Source of the DNA: Pyrodictiaceae archaeon
GTDB taxonomy: Archaea; Thermoproteota; Thermoprotei_A; Sulfolobales; Pyrodictiaceae
Assembly: GCA_027036135.1 (NCBI GenBank)
Contig: JALVSY010000007.1
Span: forward strand, 964,880-1,028,879
DNA: 64,000 nt
Direction: 5' to 3'
Position 1 is the stretch's first letter, and each line of letters starts with the position of its first letter. Below, piece after piece: positions 20,009-28,579 of this stretch. The translations under genes were made by a program, and so were the position numbers. The notes below the pieces were generated by a model. The model was not told the DNA's origin. It was given only the letters and a program-made list of their open reading frames with translations, and made no database searches.

Positions 20009-21271
20009 CTAGAGCTCGGGGAAAAACTTCTTCGCAGACATGCTGAGAGCCACGAGTCCAGGTAGATCCTCGCCTGCTAGGAATAGTAGAAGTGCTCCAC
20101 CACCAGTACTTACGTGCAAGTTAGGTCTATTCTGGGCTCCGAGCTCGGCTATGATAGCATTTAAGTGGCCTCCTCCAACTATCACGTATGCATTGCTGCT
20201 AAGCGCGGCCTTTACTAATTCGAGGCTTCCCTCACGGAAGCGTGGATCCTCGATTACACCAGCAGGCCCCCTCATTACTATAAGTCTTGCCTCCTTCATG
20301 AACTCTGTATAGACCCTAATCGTTTGCGGTCCTATGTCTCGTATAATGCCTTGAATATTTCCTAGGCTCTCTACTCGAACCTCGTTGTCAACGAGTGTCT
20401 TGAAGTCTATGGGTGTTTCCACTGGTAGCCCTCTAAGCAGCAGCCTTCTAGCTCTCGGTATGAGTGGTAGTATGCCTTTGGTCTCAAGTATTCTTCTATT
20501 CTTTTCTCCTATATCCAGCCCCTTGGCCACGATGAACAACTCCGCTATGAGCCCTGTTAGAAGTATGCGATCCGCTATCTGGTTTGCGTGCAAGTGCTCC
20601 AAGATACGTAGAGTGTCATGCACCTTTCCACCGCCTAAGACGAATACCCTGGGTCTCTCCTCTCGCCTATACAGCTTGGCTAACGCGCTCAGTTCCTTCT
20701 CCATTACTCTACCAGCAGCAGAGGGTAGGACTAACGGAAATCCTACTATGCTTGGCTGGCTACGATGCGCTGTAGCAAAGGCATCATTTATGTAGTAATT
20801 AAACAGTGGCGCAAGCCTTTGTACAAATATGCTCTTTGCATGCTTCTCAGGAGTAGCCTCAATAATCTCCTCAGAGACCAGCCTTGTGTTATCCAGTAGG
20901 AGTATCTCTCCCGGTCTTAGATCCTTTATCTCCTTTCTTGCAGCAGGGCCGATGACGTCATCGATGAACTTCACTGGCACACCTACATATTTTTCGAGAA
21001 GCTTTGCGTGCTCACCTAGACTTACAAAATCGTCTCCACCAGGCCTACCTTGGTGCGACATTATCACGACTGCGGCTCCGCGCTCAGCTAGCTCCCTAAC
21101 AGTAACACTATGCGCTCTTATCCTGCTATCATCGAGGATTTTCCCCGTCTCCGGCTCAATAGGGCTATTAATGTCTATCCTAAGCAGGATCTTAGCGCCC
21201 TTAATGCCATAGCGTTCATCGAGATCGTCTATTGTTGGTATTTTTTGCCCGTTGCGAAGAATGCACGGCAA
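20009..21271 (-). CDS. pgk: Phosphoglycerate kinase
   Basis: RIDINSP, SHQGRP, NDAFATAHR and STGGGA motifs. Confidence 0.97.
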   Translation of the reverse strand: MPCILRNGQKIPTIDDLDERYGIKGAKILLRIDINSPIEPETGKILDDSRIRAHSVTVRELAERGAAVVIMSHQGRPGGDDFVSLGEHAKLLEKYVGVPVKFIDDVIGPAARKEIKDLRPGEILLLDNTRLVSEEIIEATPEKHAKSIFVQRLAPLFNYYINDAFATAHRSQPSIVGFPLVLPSAAGRVMEKELSALAKLYRREERPRVFVLGGGKVHDTLRILEHLHANQIADRILLTGLIAELFIVAKGLDIGEKNRRILETKGILPLIPRARRLLLRGLPVETPIDFKTLVDNEVRVESLGNIQGIIRDIGPQTIRVYTEFMKEARLIVMRGPAGVIEDPRFREGSLELVKAALSSNAYVIVGGGHLNAIIAELGAQNRPNLHVSTGGGALLLFLAGEDLPGLVALSMSAKKFFPEL

Positions 21272-21364
21272 GAACGCGCCCCGTGTTCGAATAAGGAGCT
21301 ATAGAAGCGGCAATCGAATAAAAAGTTATGTAAAGCTCTACAAGTCACATGTAATCAAACCCCG

Positions 21365-21435
21365 GAGGGTTGTGAGGACATACCCCGGGAACGAACTGAG
21401 ACCCTTGTGACGAGGTGGTCCTTCGCCGAACCCTC
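21365..21435 (+). ncRNA. Box C/D sRNA, predicted to guide 16S h22-h23 methylation
   Basis: GAGGGT/ACCCTC stem; C GTGAGGA, D' CTGA, C' GTGACGA, D CCGA; guides contain TACCCCGGGA and GGTGGTCCT, complementary to recalled 16S UCCCGGGGUA and AGGACCACC. Confidence 0.85.
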
Positions 21436-21442
21436 TTCACTC

Positions 21443-24103
21443 CTATGTATATGCTTCTCTGGGTTTCGCTGCTTGCCTTGCTCGTAGAAGCTCCATTACT
21501 TTAGCGTGTAGCTCCATTAGTAGCTTCTTCCTATCCTCCATGAGTACTATATCGCTATAGCCTCTAGCAACTATATGGTGAGCAAATGGGCTCGGTATAT
21601 GCGTCGGGCCAAAGAATTCTACAACGATATCGCCACTATGTATCCACTCTAGTACTTTTTTCGCGTTATTTATATCCATGTAATCCTCTAGTATCTCTCT
21701 GTAGGCTTCACGTAGGATCGGGAATCTAGGTATTCGTTCAACGGCCTCGAGAAGTGCTTGCGCGTTAAGCTGCAAGCGATGCGGGTCTCGCTTCCTGCCA
21801 TGGTATCGTCTGAGTATCATGAGTGCTCTCTCAGCGCAATGCCTAAACCTTCTCTTTAAGAGCTCTGTGCTACGAAGAACCCTATGCAATATTTCCTCGA
21901 TATTAGTTGGCGAGACGCTGTATACTAGCTCTTCTAGATCGATTTCGCTTCTTAACCCACTAACTGTGAGCATGAAAGCATTATCGGTAATAGTTATCCT
22001 TACATTTGTCCTTAACATATTGGATAACATGTATGCATATGCTCTTGAGAGCGTATCATTTACTCTCCTGCCGAAGAGCGAGTGAAATATTATTGAGGTT
22101 GCCTGGTTCTCCTCGTCAAGGAAATGTTCTACTAGGACCATCTTATCGCTGGGAACAAGTCCGTCGGTGAACAAGTATTGCTCGAGCACATAGTTGTATA
22201 TATTCTCGGCAGCATGCTCCTCAAGCCTATATTCTTTCGCGATGAGTTCCACTGCCCTAGCCTTGGGAATGTCTTGCTCTATTAGATCTTTGACCCAGCG
22301 TCTAAATGCCCCAACAAGTAATGCGGAATCAAAGGCCAGAGGCAGCATCTCTGAATACCAGCTCGGAACAGTTGGTCGTGCACCCTCAGCTCTTTTCACG
22401 ACTATACGCATGCCGTCCGACTTTAGAAACTCGTATGTCCGCCCACCTAGTACAAATATGTCACCGGGTGAAAGTAGCTGCACAAAGCCCTCTTCGAGAT
22501 CCCCAACATATTTCCCGTCAAGTGTGAACACGTGGACCTTTGCCTCGTCTGGTATAGTGCCGCTATTCATATAGTAAATCGATCTCGAGCCCCTCTTTCG
22601 TCCAAAAACGCCCTCGTCCTCATCAAGCCATATCTTGGCATAAACCCGGTAATCTTCTAAGCCGTAGCGCCCGGCTAAGTATCTCAGTACGTCCATGAAC
22701 TCCTCGTAGCTTAGGTCGCGGTATGGGTATGCTCTCTTCACCAGCCTGTATGCTTCCTCTATTTGCCACTTCTTTTCAAGCGACATGCCGACTATGTGCT
22801 GGGCTAGCACGTCGAGCGGCTTCTTAGGAATATGTATCTTGTCTATCTTTCTATCCATCGCTGCCTTTGCTAATACGGTACACTCTACGAGATCGTCTCG
22901 GTCAACTACAATTATTCTTCCCTTACTTACTTGGCGAATATGGTGCCCAGCTCTTCCTATACGTTGCAGGAGCCTTGACACGCTTTTCGGACTACTAAGC
23001 AAAACCACCAAATCTATATAACCAATATCTATACCTAGCTCGAGACTAGTCGAGGACACAACTACTTTGAGTTCTCCCCTCTTTAGCTTCTCCTCAACGC
23101 TTAGCCGGACATCGCGGCTAAGACTGCTATGATGAGCCTCTATCTCATCCATATCAGCTATTCCTTGCTCTTTAAGTATTTTCTTAAGCTTGTAGACAAC
23201 TCGCTCAGTAGCGCTCCTAGTGTTAGTGAATATCAGCGTTGTCCTATGCTCTTGTATGAGCTTCGCCAACAACCTATAAATGGCTTCATTAACCACGTCC
23301 GCGGGGGTGTGGATTAAGTCCCTAACAGGACATAGCACCCTAACATCTATCGGTTTAGCGAATCGAGCATCAACTATTATACAGTCACGTGGTTCCCCGT
23401 CGTCTCTGTAGCCGACAAGAAACTTAGCAACCTCCTCGAGAGGAGCAATTGTAGCAGATAGCCCTATTCTTTGAAGCTGTTCCCCCGCTAGATACGTCAG
23501 TCTCTCAAGGGATAAGCTTAGATGTGTACCCCGCTTACTCGATGCAAGTTCATGTATCTCGTCAACTATGAGCCATCGTGCTGTTGCTAGTCGCTCCCGA
23601 AACTTAGGAGCCGATAGGGCTATCCCTAGGCTCTCCGGTGTTGTGATCAGTATATGTGGTGGATCGCGAAGCATCTTCTGCTTCTCGTGAGGAGGAGTAT
23701 CGCTTGTTCTCACAGCTACCTTTATCTCAGGTAAGTCTCTCTCCTCCTTCGTTTTTGCGTACTCGCGGATTTCTCGGAGTGGTTGGAGAAGGTTGCGTCT
23801 CATATCGTTGTTAAGAGCGCGTAGAGGCGATACATAGATAGCATATATCTTGTCCTCTAGTTCGCCGTTCTCAGCGAGCCTAAAGAACTCATCTATAATT
23901 CCCAGGAATACGGCAAGTGTTTTACCAGTACCAGTAGGCGACGATAATAGTACGTTGTGGCCTTGTTTTATCAATGGTATTGCGCATTTCTGTGGAGTAG
24001 TAAAGGAGCCATATTTGTTCCTAAACCAGCCAGCTACGTAGCTACGCAGCATAGAGTATACTTCTTCGTCGCGCCAGCACTGCTCTAGCCACTTAATCGG
24101 CAT
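21443..24103 (-). CDS. lhr: Lhr-family SF2 ATP-dependent helicase
   Basis: SPTGTGKT, SPLRALNND, TTPESL, DEIHE, SAT, LELGIDIG, QRIGRAGH and GTIPDE motifs; start taken at ATG 24103. Confidence 0.93.
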   Translation of the reverse strand: MPIKWLEQCWRDEEVYSMLRSYVAGWFRNKYGSFTTPQKCAIPLIKQGHNVLLSSPTGTGKTLAVFLGIIDEFFRLAENGELEDKIYAIYVSPLRALNNDMRRNLLQPLREIREYAKTKEERDLPEIKVAVRTSDTPPHEKQKMLRDPPHILITTPESLGIALSAPKFRERLATARWLIVDEIHELASSKRGTHLSLSLERLTYLAGEQLQRIGLSATIAPLEEVAKFLVGYRDDGEPRDCIIVDARFAKPIDVRVLCPVRDLIHTPADVVNEAIYRLLAKLIQEHRTTLIFTNTRSATERVVYKLKKILKEQGIADMDEIEAHHSSLSRDVRLSVEEKLKRGELKVVVSSTSLELGIDIGYIDLVVLLSSPKSVSRLLQRIGRAGHHIRQVSKGRIIVVDRDDLVECTVLAKAAMDRKIDKIHIPKKPLDVLAQHIVGMSLEKKWQIEEAYRLVKRAYPYRDLSYEEFMDVLRYLAGRYGLEDYRVYAKIWLDEDEGVFGRKRGSRSIYYMNSGTIPDEAKVHVFTLDGKYVGDLEEGFVQLLSPGDIFVLGGRTYEFLKSDGMRIVVKRAEGARPTVPSWYSEMLPLAFDSALLVGAFRRWVKDLIEQDIPKARAVELIAKEYRLEEHAAENIYNYVLEQYLFTDGLVPSDKMVLVEHFLDEENQATSIIFHSLFGRRVNDTLSRAYAYMLSNMLRTNVRITITDNAFMLTVSGLRSEIDLEELVYSVSPTNIEEILHRVLRSTELLKRRFRHCAERALMILRRYHGRKRDPHRLQLNAQALLEAVERIPRFPILREAYREILEDYMDINNAKKVLEWIHSGDIVVEFFGPTHIPSPFAHHIVARGYSDIVLMEDRKKLLMELHAKVMELLRARQAAKPREAYT

Positions 24104-24242
24104 TGCTTGTCCCCGCTCCTTTAACACTTGTTTCCTATACTCCTGTACCGGGGCTAAGAGCGTTTAGCTCCTAGGCCCAAAGGCCTTTAATCTCTAAGCA
24201 ATCCAGTGTTACTTATACCATTTTCATAGGGGATGATACCTA

Positions 24243-24452
24243 GTGCCAAAAACCGTCATAATAACTTTCAAGGCCCCAGCAGAGCTGGTAGAGAGACTAG
24301 ACGAGCTAGTAAGTGCCGGGTTCTTCCGAAATAGAAGCGAGGCGCTGCGACACGCGCTCGTCATGCTAATCAATAAGTATGGGGTAGTAGGTCTTGCTAG
24401 TGAAGAAGGCAAAGCTAACGAAGGAGGACTTGGAGACCCTGTACAAGCTTAG
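24243..24452 (+). CDS. Ribbon-helix-helix (CopG/Arc) regulator
   Basis: IITFKAPAELVERLDELV...FRNRSEALRHAL. Confidence 0.85.
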   Translation: MPKTVIITFKAPAELVERLDELVSAGFFRNRSEALRHALVMLINKYGVVGLASEEGKANEGGLGDPVQA

Positions 24453-24720
24453 AGAAATGATAACTAATCTATCCTCCGAGGAGCTAACGGTTTTCAGTTA
24501 CGTCTGGGATAATATTTCTGTAGGCGAAATACTGTTCGAGCGAGACCTATACCGAATACACCGTGTACAAAAACCAATACTGGTAGCCAGGAGGCTACGC
24601 GAAAAAGGCCTCATCGAGAGAGGCGAGGGCTGCTACAACTTAGCCCGATGGCTCCGCCCACTGCGAAAAAAGATACAGAGCTTTAACGACCTTAGAACAC
24701 TTATCGATAAGCTTCCATAG
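24394..24720 (+). CDS. Small winged-helix-like protein
   Basis: LSSEELTVF...ARRLREKGLIERGEGCYNL wHTH wing pattern. Confidence 0.7.
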   Translation: MLVKKAKLTKEDLETLYKLREMITNLSSEELTVFSYVWDNISVGEILFERDLYRIHRVQKPILVARRLREKGLIERGEGCYNLARWLRPLRKKIQSFNDLRTLIDKLP

Positions 24721-24764
24721 GCGCTTAGTACACTGCACTAATTGGTAAGCTCAGGCGATAATCC

Positions 24765-25385
24765 ATGAGTGTACTCGAAGAAATCTATAGCATTAAGCAA
24801 AAAGAGTTCACAGAAAAGCTAAAAGAGATGACAGATTCTAGGACAATATATGTAACAGACCTCGTCTCTTGTAGTATGAAGCGTATTATGCGTATTCGTT
24901 ACCCTCTTCTTAGCTTCCGATTCGAGCCACCCATGATTCTTGGAGACTTGGTCCACGCCGGTCTTGAGAAGTTGCTAGAGGAGCAAGGGTGGAGAGCCGA
25001 GGTACAGATCGAGAAGAGAATAAGCATTGATGGCGAGGAATACCTGCTCAAAGGGAGAGCCGACCTGGTTCGGTACGCTAGCGGATCGCAGAATAGAGTA
25101 GAAGAGGTAATTGAGATAAAAACGGGGCGCGACCTACCCTCAAACACGCCTCATGAACACCATGTTCTTCAATTGAAGATATATCTATATCTCCTTGGTG
25201 CGCAGAGAGGCTACTTAGTATACATAACACCTGAAAGACTCGTGGAGTTCCCGGTGGATCCAGAGCCTATAGACTTAGAGATGCTTGTGAGAGAAACAGT
25301 GTATAATGAGAAGACTCCTCGTTATGAGTGGGAGTGCAAGTACTGTCCCTATAGAAGGATTTGTCCCTTTGCCAGAACGAGGTAG
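24765..25385 (+). CDS. cas4: Stand-alone Cas4-family Fe-S exonuclease (SSO0001-like)
   Basis: IYVTDLVSC...GDLVH...KGRAD...EIKT...QLKIY...ECKYC...C: RecB-type motifs plus four Fe-S cysteines; strongly resembles Sulfolobus SSO0001 as recalled. Confidence 0.92.
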   Translation: MSVLEEIYSIKQKEFTEKLKEMTDSRTIYVTDLVSCSMKRIMRIRYPLLSFRFEPPMILGDLVHAGLEKLLEEQGWRAEVQIEKRISIDGEEYLLKGRADLVRYASGSQNRVEEVIEIKTGRDLPSNTPHEHHVLQLKIYLYLLGAQRGYLVYITPERLVEFPVDPEPIDLEMLVRETVYNEKTPRYEWECKYCPYRRICPFARTR

Positions 25386-25392
25386 CTTAGGC

Positions 25393-26139
25393 TTGGTGTA
25401 TAGGATTAAAGCAGACCTACATATGCATAGCACTTTCAGCGATGGACGCAACTCGCCGAAGGAGATCATACTCCGGGCTCTTGGCAAGGGGCTAGAAGCA
25501 ATAGCTATTACCGACCATGATACCTTCCAAGGCTCGATACATGCAAAGAGAATAGCCTCCTCGGAGAAACTCGATATAGTCGTAATTATAGGCGCCGAGA
25601 TAAGGACAAAGCAAGGCGACATTCTTGTCTACTGTCCCAGTGACCCTCTTGAAAAGGTACCACAGGACGCATTAGAGCTAGTTGATTATTCACACGAAAA
25701 TAATTGTATGGTTGTCCCGGCTCATCCATTTGATCTGAGAAGAAAAGGTATAGGTGAGCTAGTCTACGAAGCTCGGTGGGACGCCATTGAAGTGTTCAAT
25801 GCAATGAGTGACCCCATTAGTAATAAGCGTGCAGCCGAAGCAGCTCGTGAGCTAGGCTTACCTGGCCTTGCTAATAGCGACGCACATGTAGCTGACGCCG
25901 TAGGGTCAGCCTTCAACATAATAGAGACGAATAGCCTTGATCCGGGAGAAATACTTAGCTCGATTCGTGCCGGGAGAGTAACCCCGGTGCCTGGGCGCCC
26001 AGGTATGAAGGCAATAACCTCAACGCTCATGTGGAGTATTGAGCGTCGGCTCAAGAGGAGACGAAAAGGCCCAAGTCGGCTAGATTATGTAAGCGATGTA
26101 GATGAGGACTACTTCTATGGTGGAAAGTTACATGGATGA
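25393..26139 (+). CDS. PHP-domain phosphoesterase
   Basis: DLHMHS.FSDG, ITDHD, GAE, AHPF, EVFN and NSDAH motifs; start trimmed to TTG 25393. Confidence 0.92.
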   Translation: MVYRIKADLHMHSTFSDGRNSPKEIILRALGKGLEAIAITDHDTFQGSIHAKRIASSEKLDIVVIIGAEIRTKQGDILVYCPSDPLEKVPQDALELVDYSHENNCMVVPAHPFDLRRKGIGELVYEARWDAIEVFNAMSDPISNKRAAEAARELGLPGLANSDAHVADAVGSAFNIIETNSLDPGEILSSIRAGRVTPVPGRPGMKAITSTLMWSIERRLKRRRKGPSRLDYVSDVDEDYFYGGKLHG

Positions 26140-27085
26140 GCGGAGTCTGGAGGTTTTTGAGATAACTGATCCTAGGGCGATAGCTGATAGACTTGCGTCG
26201 AGGATATCGAGGACGAGTAGAGAAATCGTTGAGAGAACACGCTCGGCTCTGGACATAAAGAGTATATGTAGTCCCGTACATTCTCAAATAGTCTATGCAA
26301 TCGACTCGGCCTATCCAAGTAGGCCCCTAGACCTAGTAGGATTATCAATAAGCCTTGTCGCGGTTGTATCAGTGAAATTCAAAGAGGGAGATAGAGTAGA
26401 AACACGTACTAAGAGGAGGCTTCTTGTGAGCTACTTTTCGGAGATAGAACAAGATCGTGTGGCCGCTTTTGCGAGAAAAGAGGAGAGACTAATAGCGCTT
26501 AGAGCCATAGAAGACGCCGACATGTTGCTAATTGATGGCGAGATAGTGCCCTACAAGCGTGCCCAAGGCTATTGGAAGGAGCCAGTAAGCCTAAGTATAG
26601 AGCTACTCGAGAAAGCTCTAAGGAAAGGTACCCCCATAGTGGGTGTTATAAAAAGAAGCTACTCAACCGAGCTAGCACGAGAACTAGGACTCAGTCTTAA
26701 CGATAAATCGATAGCATCACTCGTATTGAGGCGCGGCGAGTTCATAGAGATAAGGCCCGGCTTCGGTGTGCTAAGAGAGCATGGATGTAAGGTTATATAT
26801 TATAAGCCTCTCCGAGGCCTCGGAGAGGCGGTAAAGCTAGAAGCTTGTATACCTAGCGGTGGGCCAGATACATGCGAGATAGTATCATATTTAGCACGCG
26901 AAGCTGGATCCTCGGGGCTTCCCTGGATCATCGATCTTGTTGACTCTCTTTCGAAGAAGGAAGTATCCATGATAGAGGCTATACGGAGCACATTGCTTAA
27001 CAAATTAGCAATTTATGGGGGAGAGAACATTGTAGTGGGTTATCCAACAAATCCCCAGGAGAAGAGAACGGGTTATAGAGAATAG
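26132..27085 (+). CDS. NurA-family nuclease paralog
   Basis: YAIDS, LLIDGE, VGVIKRS and GLPWIIDLVDSLSK (variant of NurA GYP...H motif); start ATG 26132 overlaps the PHP stop. Confidence 0.75.
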   Translation: MDERSLEVFEITDPRAIADRLASRISRTSREIVERTRSALDIKSICSPVHSQIVYAIDSAYPSRPLDLVGLSISLVAVVSVKFKEGDRVETRTKRRLLVSYFSEIEQDRVAAFARKEERLIALRAIEDADMLLIDGEIVPYKRAQGYWKEPVSLSIELLEKALRKGTPIVGVIKRSYSTELARELGLSLNDKSIASLVLRRGEFIEIRPGFGVLREHGCKVIYYKPLRGLGEAVKLEACIPSGGPDTCEIVSYLAREAGSSGLPWIIDLVDSLSKKEVSMIEAIRSTLLNKLAIYGGENIVVGYPTNPQEKRTGYRE

Positions 27086-27093
27086 TGAGGTAT

Positions 27094-27180
27094 TGTCTGC
27101 CCCCGACCCCCAGCCGCAGAGGGATCCGCTGTTCATCCAGCCCCCAGTTGAGGGGGTGTTGCAGCGGCGAGCTCCGCCCG
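27094..27180 (-). ncRNA. Structured RNA candidate (H/ACA-like hairpin with internal loop)
   Basis: Minus strand GCGGAG/CTCTGC stem, CTCG/ATCC 4x4 loop, CCGCTG/CAGCGG stem, loop with ATGA, CCCCC/GGGGG apex; ACA spacing is non-canonical. Confidence 0.45.
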
Positions 27181-27215
27181 TATATGTAGTAGGTATTTCC
27201 CGAGTAAGTTATTGG

Positions 27216-27836
27216 TTACGCGCATCCGCTTAAGAGGAGCCACTTTTCGGCTTCCTTGGCAGCGGTTAGTGCTAGTCTATGTACTTCCTCGTCCCATGTG
27301 GCGTGAAGAATGCATTGAATCGAGCCTGTTACGGTATTGAAGAGCTCTACTAGTTTGTTACAAGGTATAGGCCTAGTTGATGTAGCCCAGAATTTTATCC
27401 TAGAGAGGGCTATTAGGAGTTCTATGCTGCATCCATATTCTCTGCTATAGGGTTTTGGTTCACCTTTAATGTATCTCGCTAGTGGAGTTAGTGCTAGTCT
27501 TAGCTTGTTTCCTTTTTTTGCCCTAGCTGTTATTACGGCCTCAACTACTATCCCGTCATACCTGGGGCATGGTGTTGAGATGTTTTGTGCTCTCCGTGTC
27601 TCGATCTTTTTGCCTATGTTGAGCGAGTAGTAGAAAGGTTTCACATCGAAGGGAAAGAGTATACAGGCTTCATAGGCCTCGGGGGCTTTCTGGCTAAGAC
27701 GAGTACCCGGATATACATTTGCATATAAAATTTCATTATTTATATATATGCCTAAGGGTGTTACAAGTATGGACGAATCAGAGAGTCTTAGAACAGTAAC
27801 TGATTCATTAAACCTTCTCGGAGCTGGACAGGGCAC
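27216..27836 (-). CDS. DUF447-family protein
   Basis: ESVTV...TPLG...VYPGTR...YSREYGCSIELLIALSR pattern; GTG start with GAGGG upstream. Confidence 0.65.
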   Translation of the reverse strand: MPCPAPRRFNESVTVLRLSDSSILVTPLGIYINNEILYANVYPGTRLSQKAPEAYEACILFPFDVKPFYYSLNIGKKIETRRAQNISTPCPRYDGIVVEAVITARAKKGNKLRLALTPLARYIKGEPKPYSREYGCSIELLIALSRIKFWATSTRPIPCNKLVELFNTVTGSIQCILHATWDEEVHRLALTAAKEAEKWLLLSGCA

Positions 27837-28569
27837 AGTAAACCCTCTTTCCCCGCTCTATTGGTGTGAGGTTTACGATGCTATAAGAGGACTTTTGAAA
27901 TTTAGTAGGAGAGATGATTGCTTTGCCGCAAGTGTTGCTGAGTACCTCGCATATAGAGCGCGCCTGGAGGGAAGCTTGCTCTCCTTAGACCAGGTATGTG
28001 CCAGTATCAAGTCCCGTGATGTCTGCATAGCTGGTGGTTCATCAAGTCTAGCCCTATTCTTAGACGAGCTAGCTAGCTGTGATGCCGTGATAAGTGTTGA
28101 TGGTGCAACAAGTATTCTATCTAGGCACGGTATTTTGCCAAGGATTATTGTGAGCGACCTCGATGGGGCATGGAGTTGGTTGATCAATGCTGCTGCCCAG
28201 GGCTCCATCCTCGCGATACATGTACATGGCGATAATTATCCCTATGCTATCCAGTTCTTAATGAGTAACCCTTTGCCCAGGATTATAGTTTCTCATCAAT
28301 GCCCAGGGCATGGCAATTACTCCGTATTTATACCCGGCTTTACTGATGGCGAAAGAGCGCTTGGTCTCGCTCTTTTGTGCTCGCCTCGCAGCATTACCTT
28401 GTATGGTATGAGAACATGGGAGAAGGTAGGCCACTGGTCTAAGCCTTGGTTAAGAATCGACACTAAGCCTTGGCCGTTGAAGGCGCGTAAGCTTAGAATA
28501 GCCGAGTTCATTATAGAGCTATTCATGGTATATGGGTTAAAACAAGGGACAAGGATTAGGAGAAGATGA
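27769..28569 (+). CDS. mptE: 6-hydroxymethyl-7,8-dihydropterin pyrophosphokinase MptE-like (DUF115)
   Basis: VDGA, IVSDLDG, HVHGDN, GFTDGERA and KARKLRIA motifs. Confidence 0.8.
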   Translation: MDESESLRTVTDSLNLLGAGQGTVNPLSPLYWCEVYDAIRGLLKFSRRDDCFAASVAEYLAYRARLEGSLLSLDQVCASIKSRDVCIAGGSSSLALFLDELASCDAVISVDGATSILSRHGILPRIIVSDLDGAWSWLINAAAQGSILAIHVHGDNYPYAIQFLMSNPLPRIIVSHQCPGHGNYSVFIPGFTDGERALGLALLCSPRSITLYGMRTWEKVGHWSKPWLRIDTKPWPLKARKLRIAEFIIELFMVYGLKQGTRIRRR

Positions 28570-28579
28570 GGAAGGAATA

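Noticed and set aside
24765-27215. CRISPR-Cas locus around cas4
   Set aside because: No direct-repeat/spacer array and no cas1, cas2 or effector genes in the window
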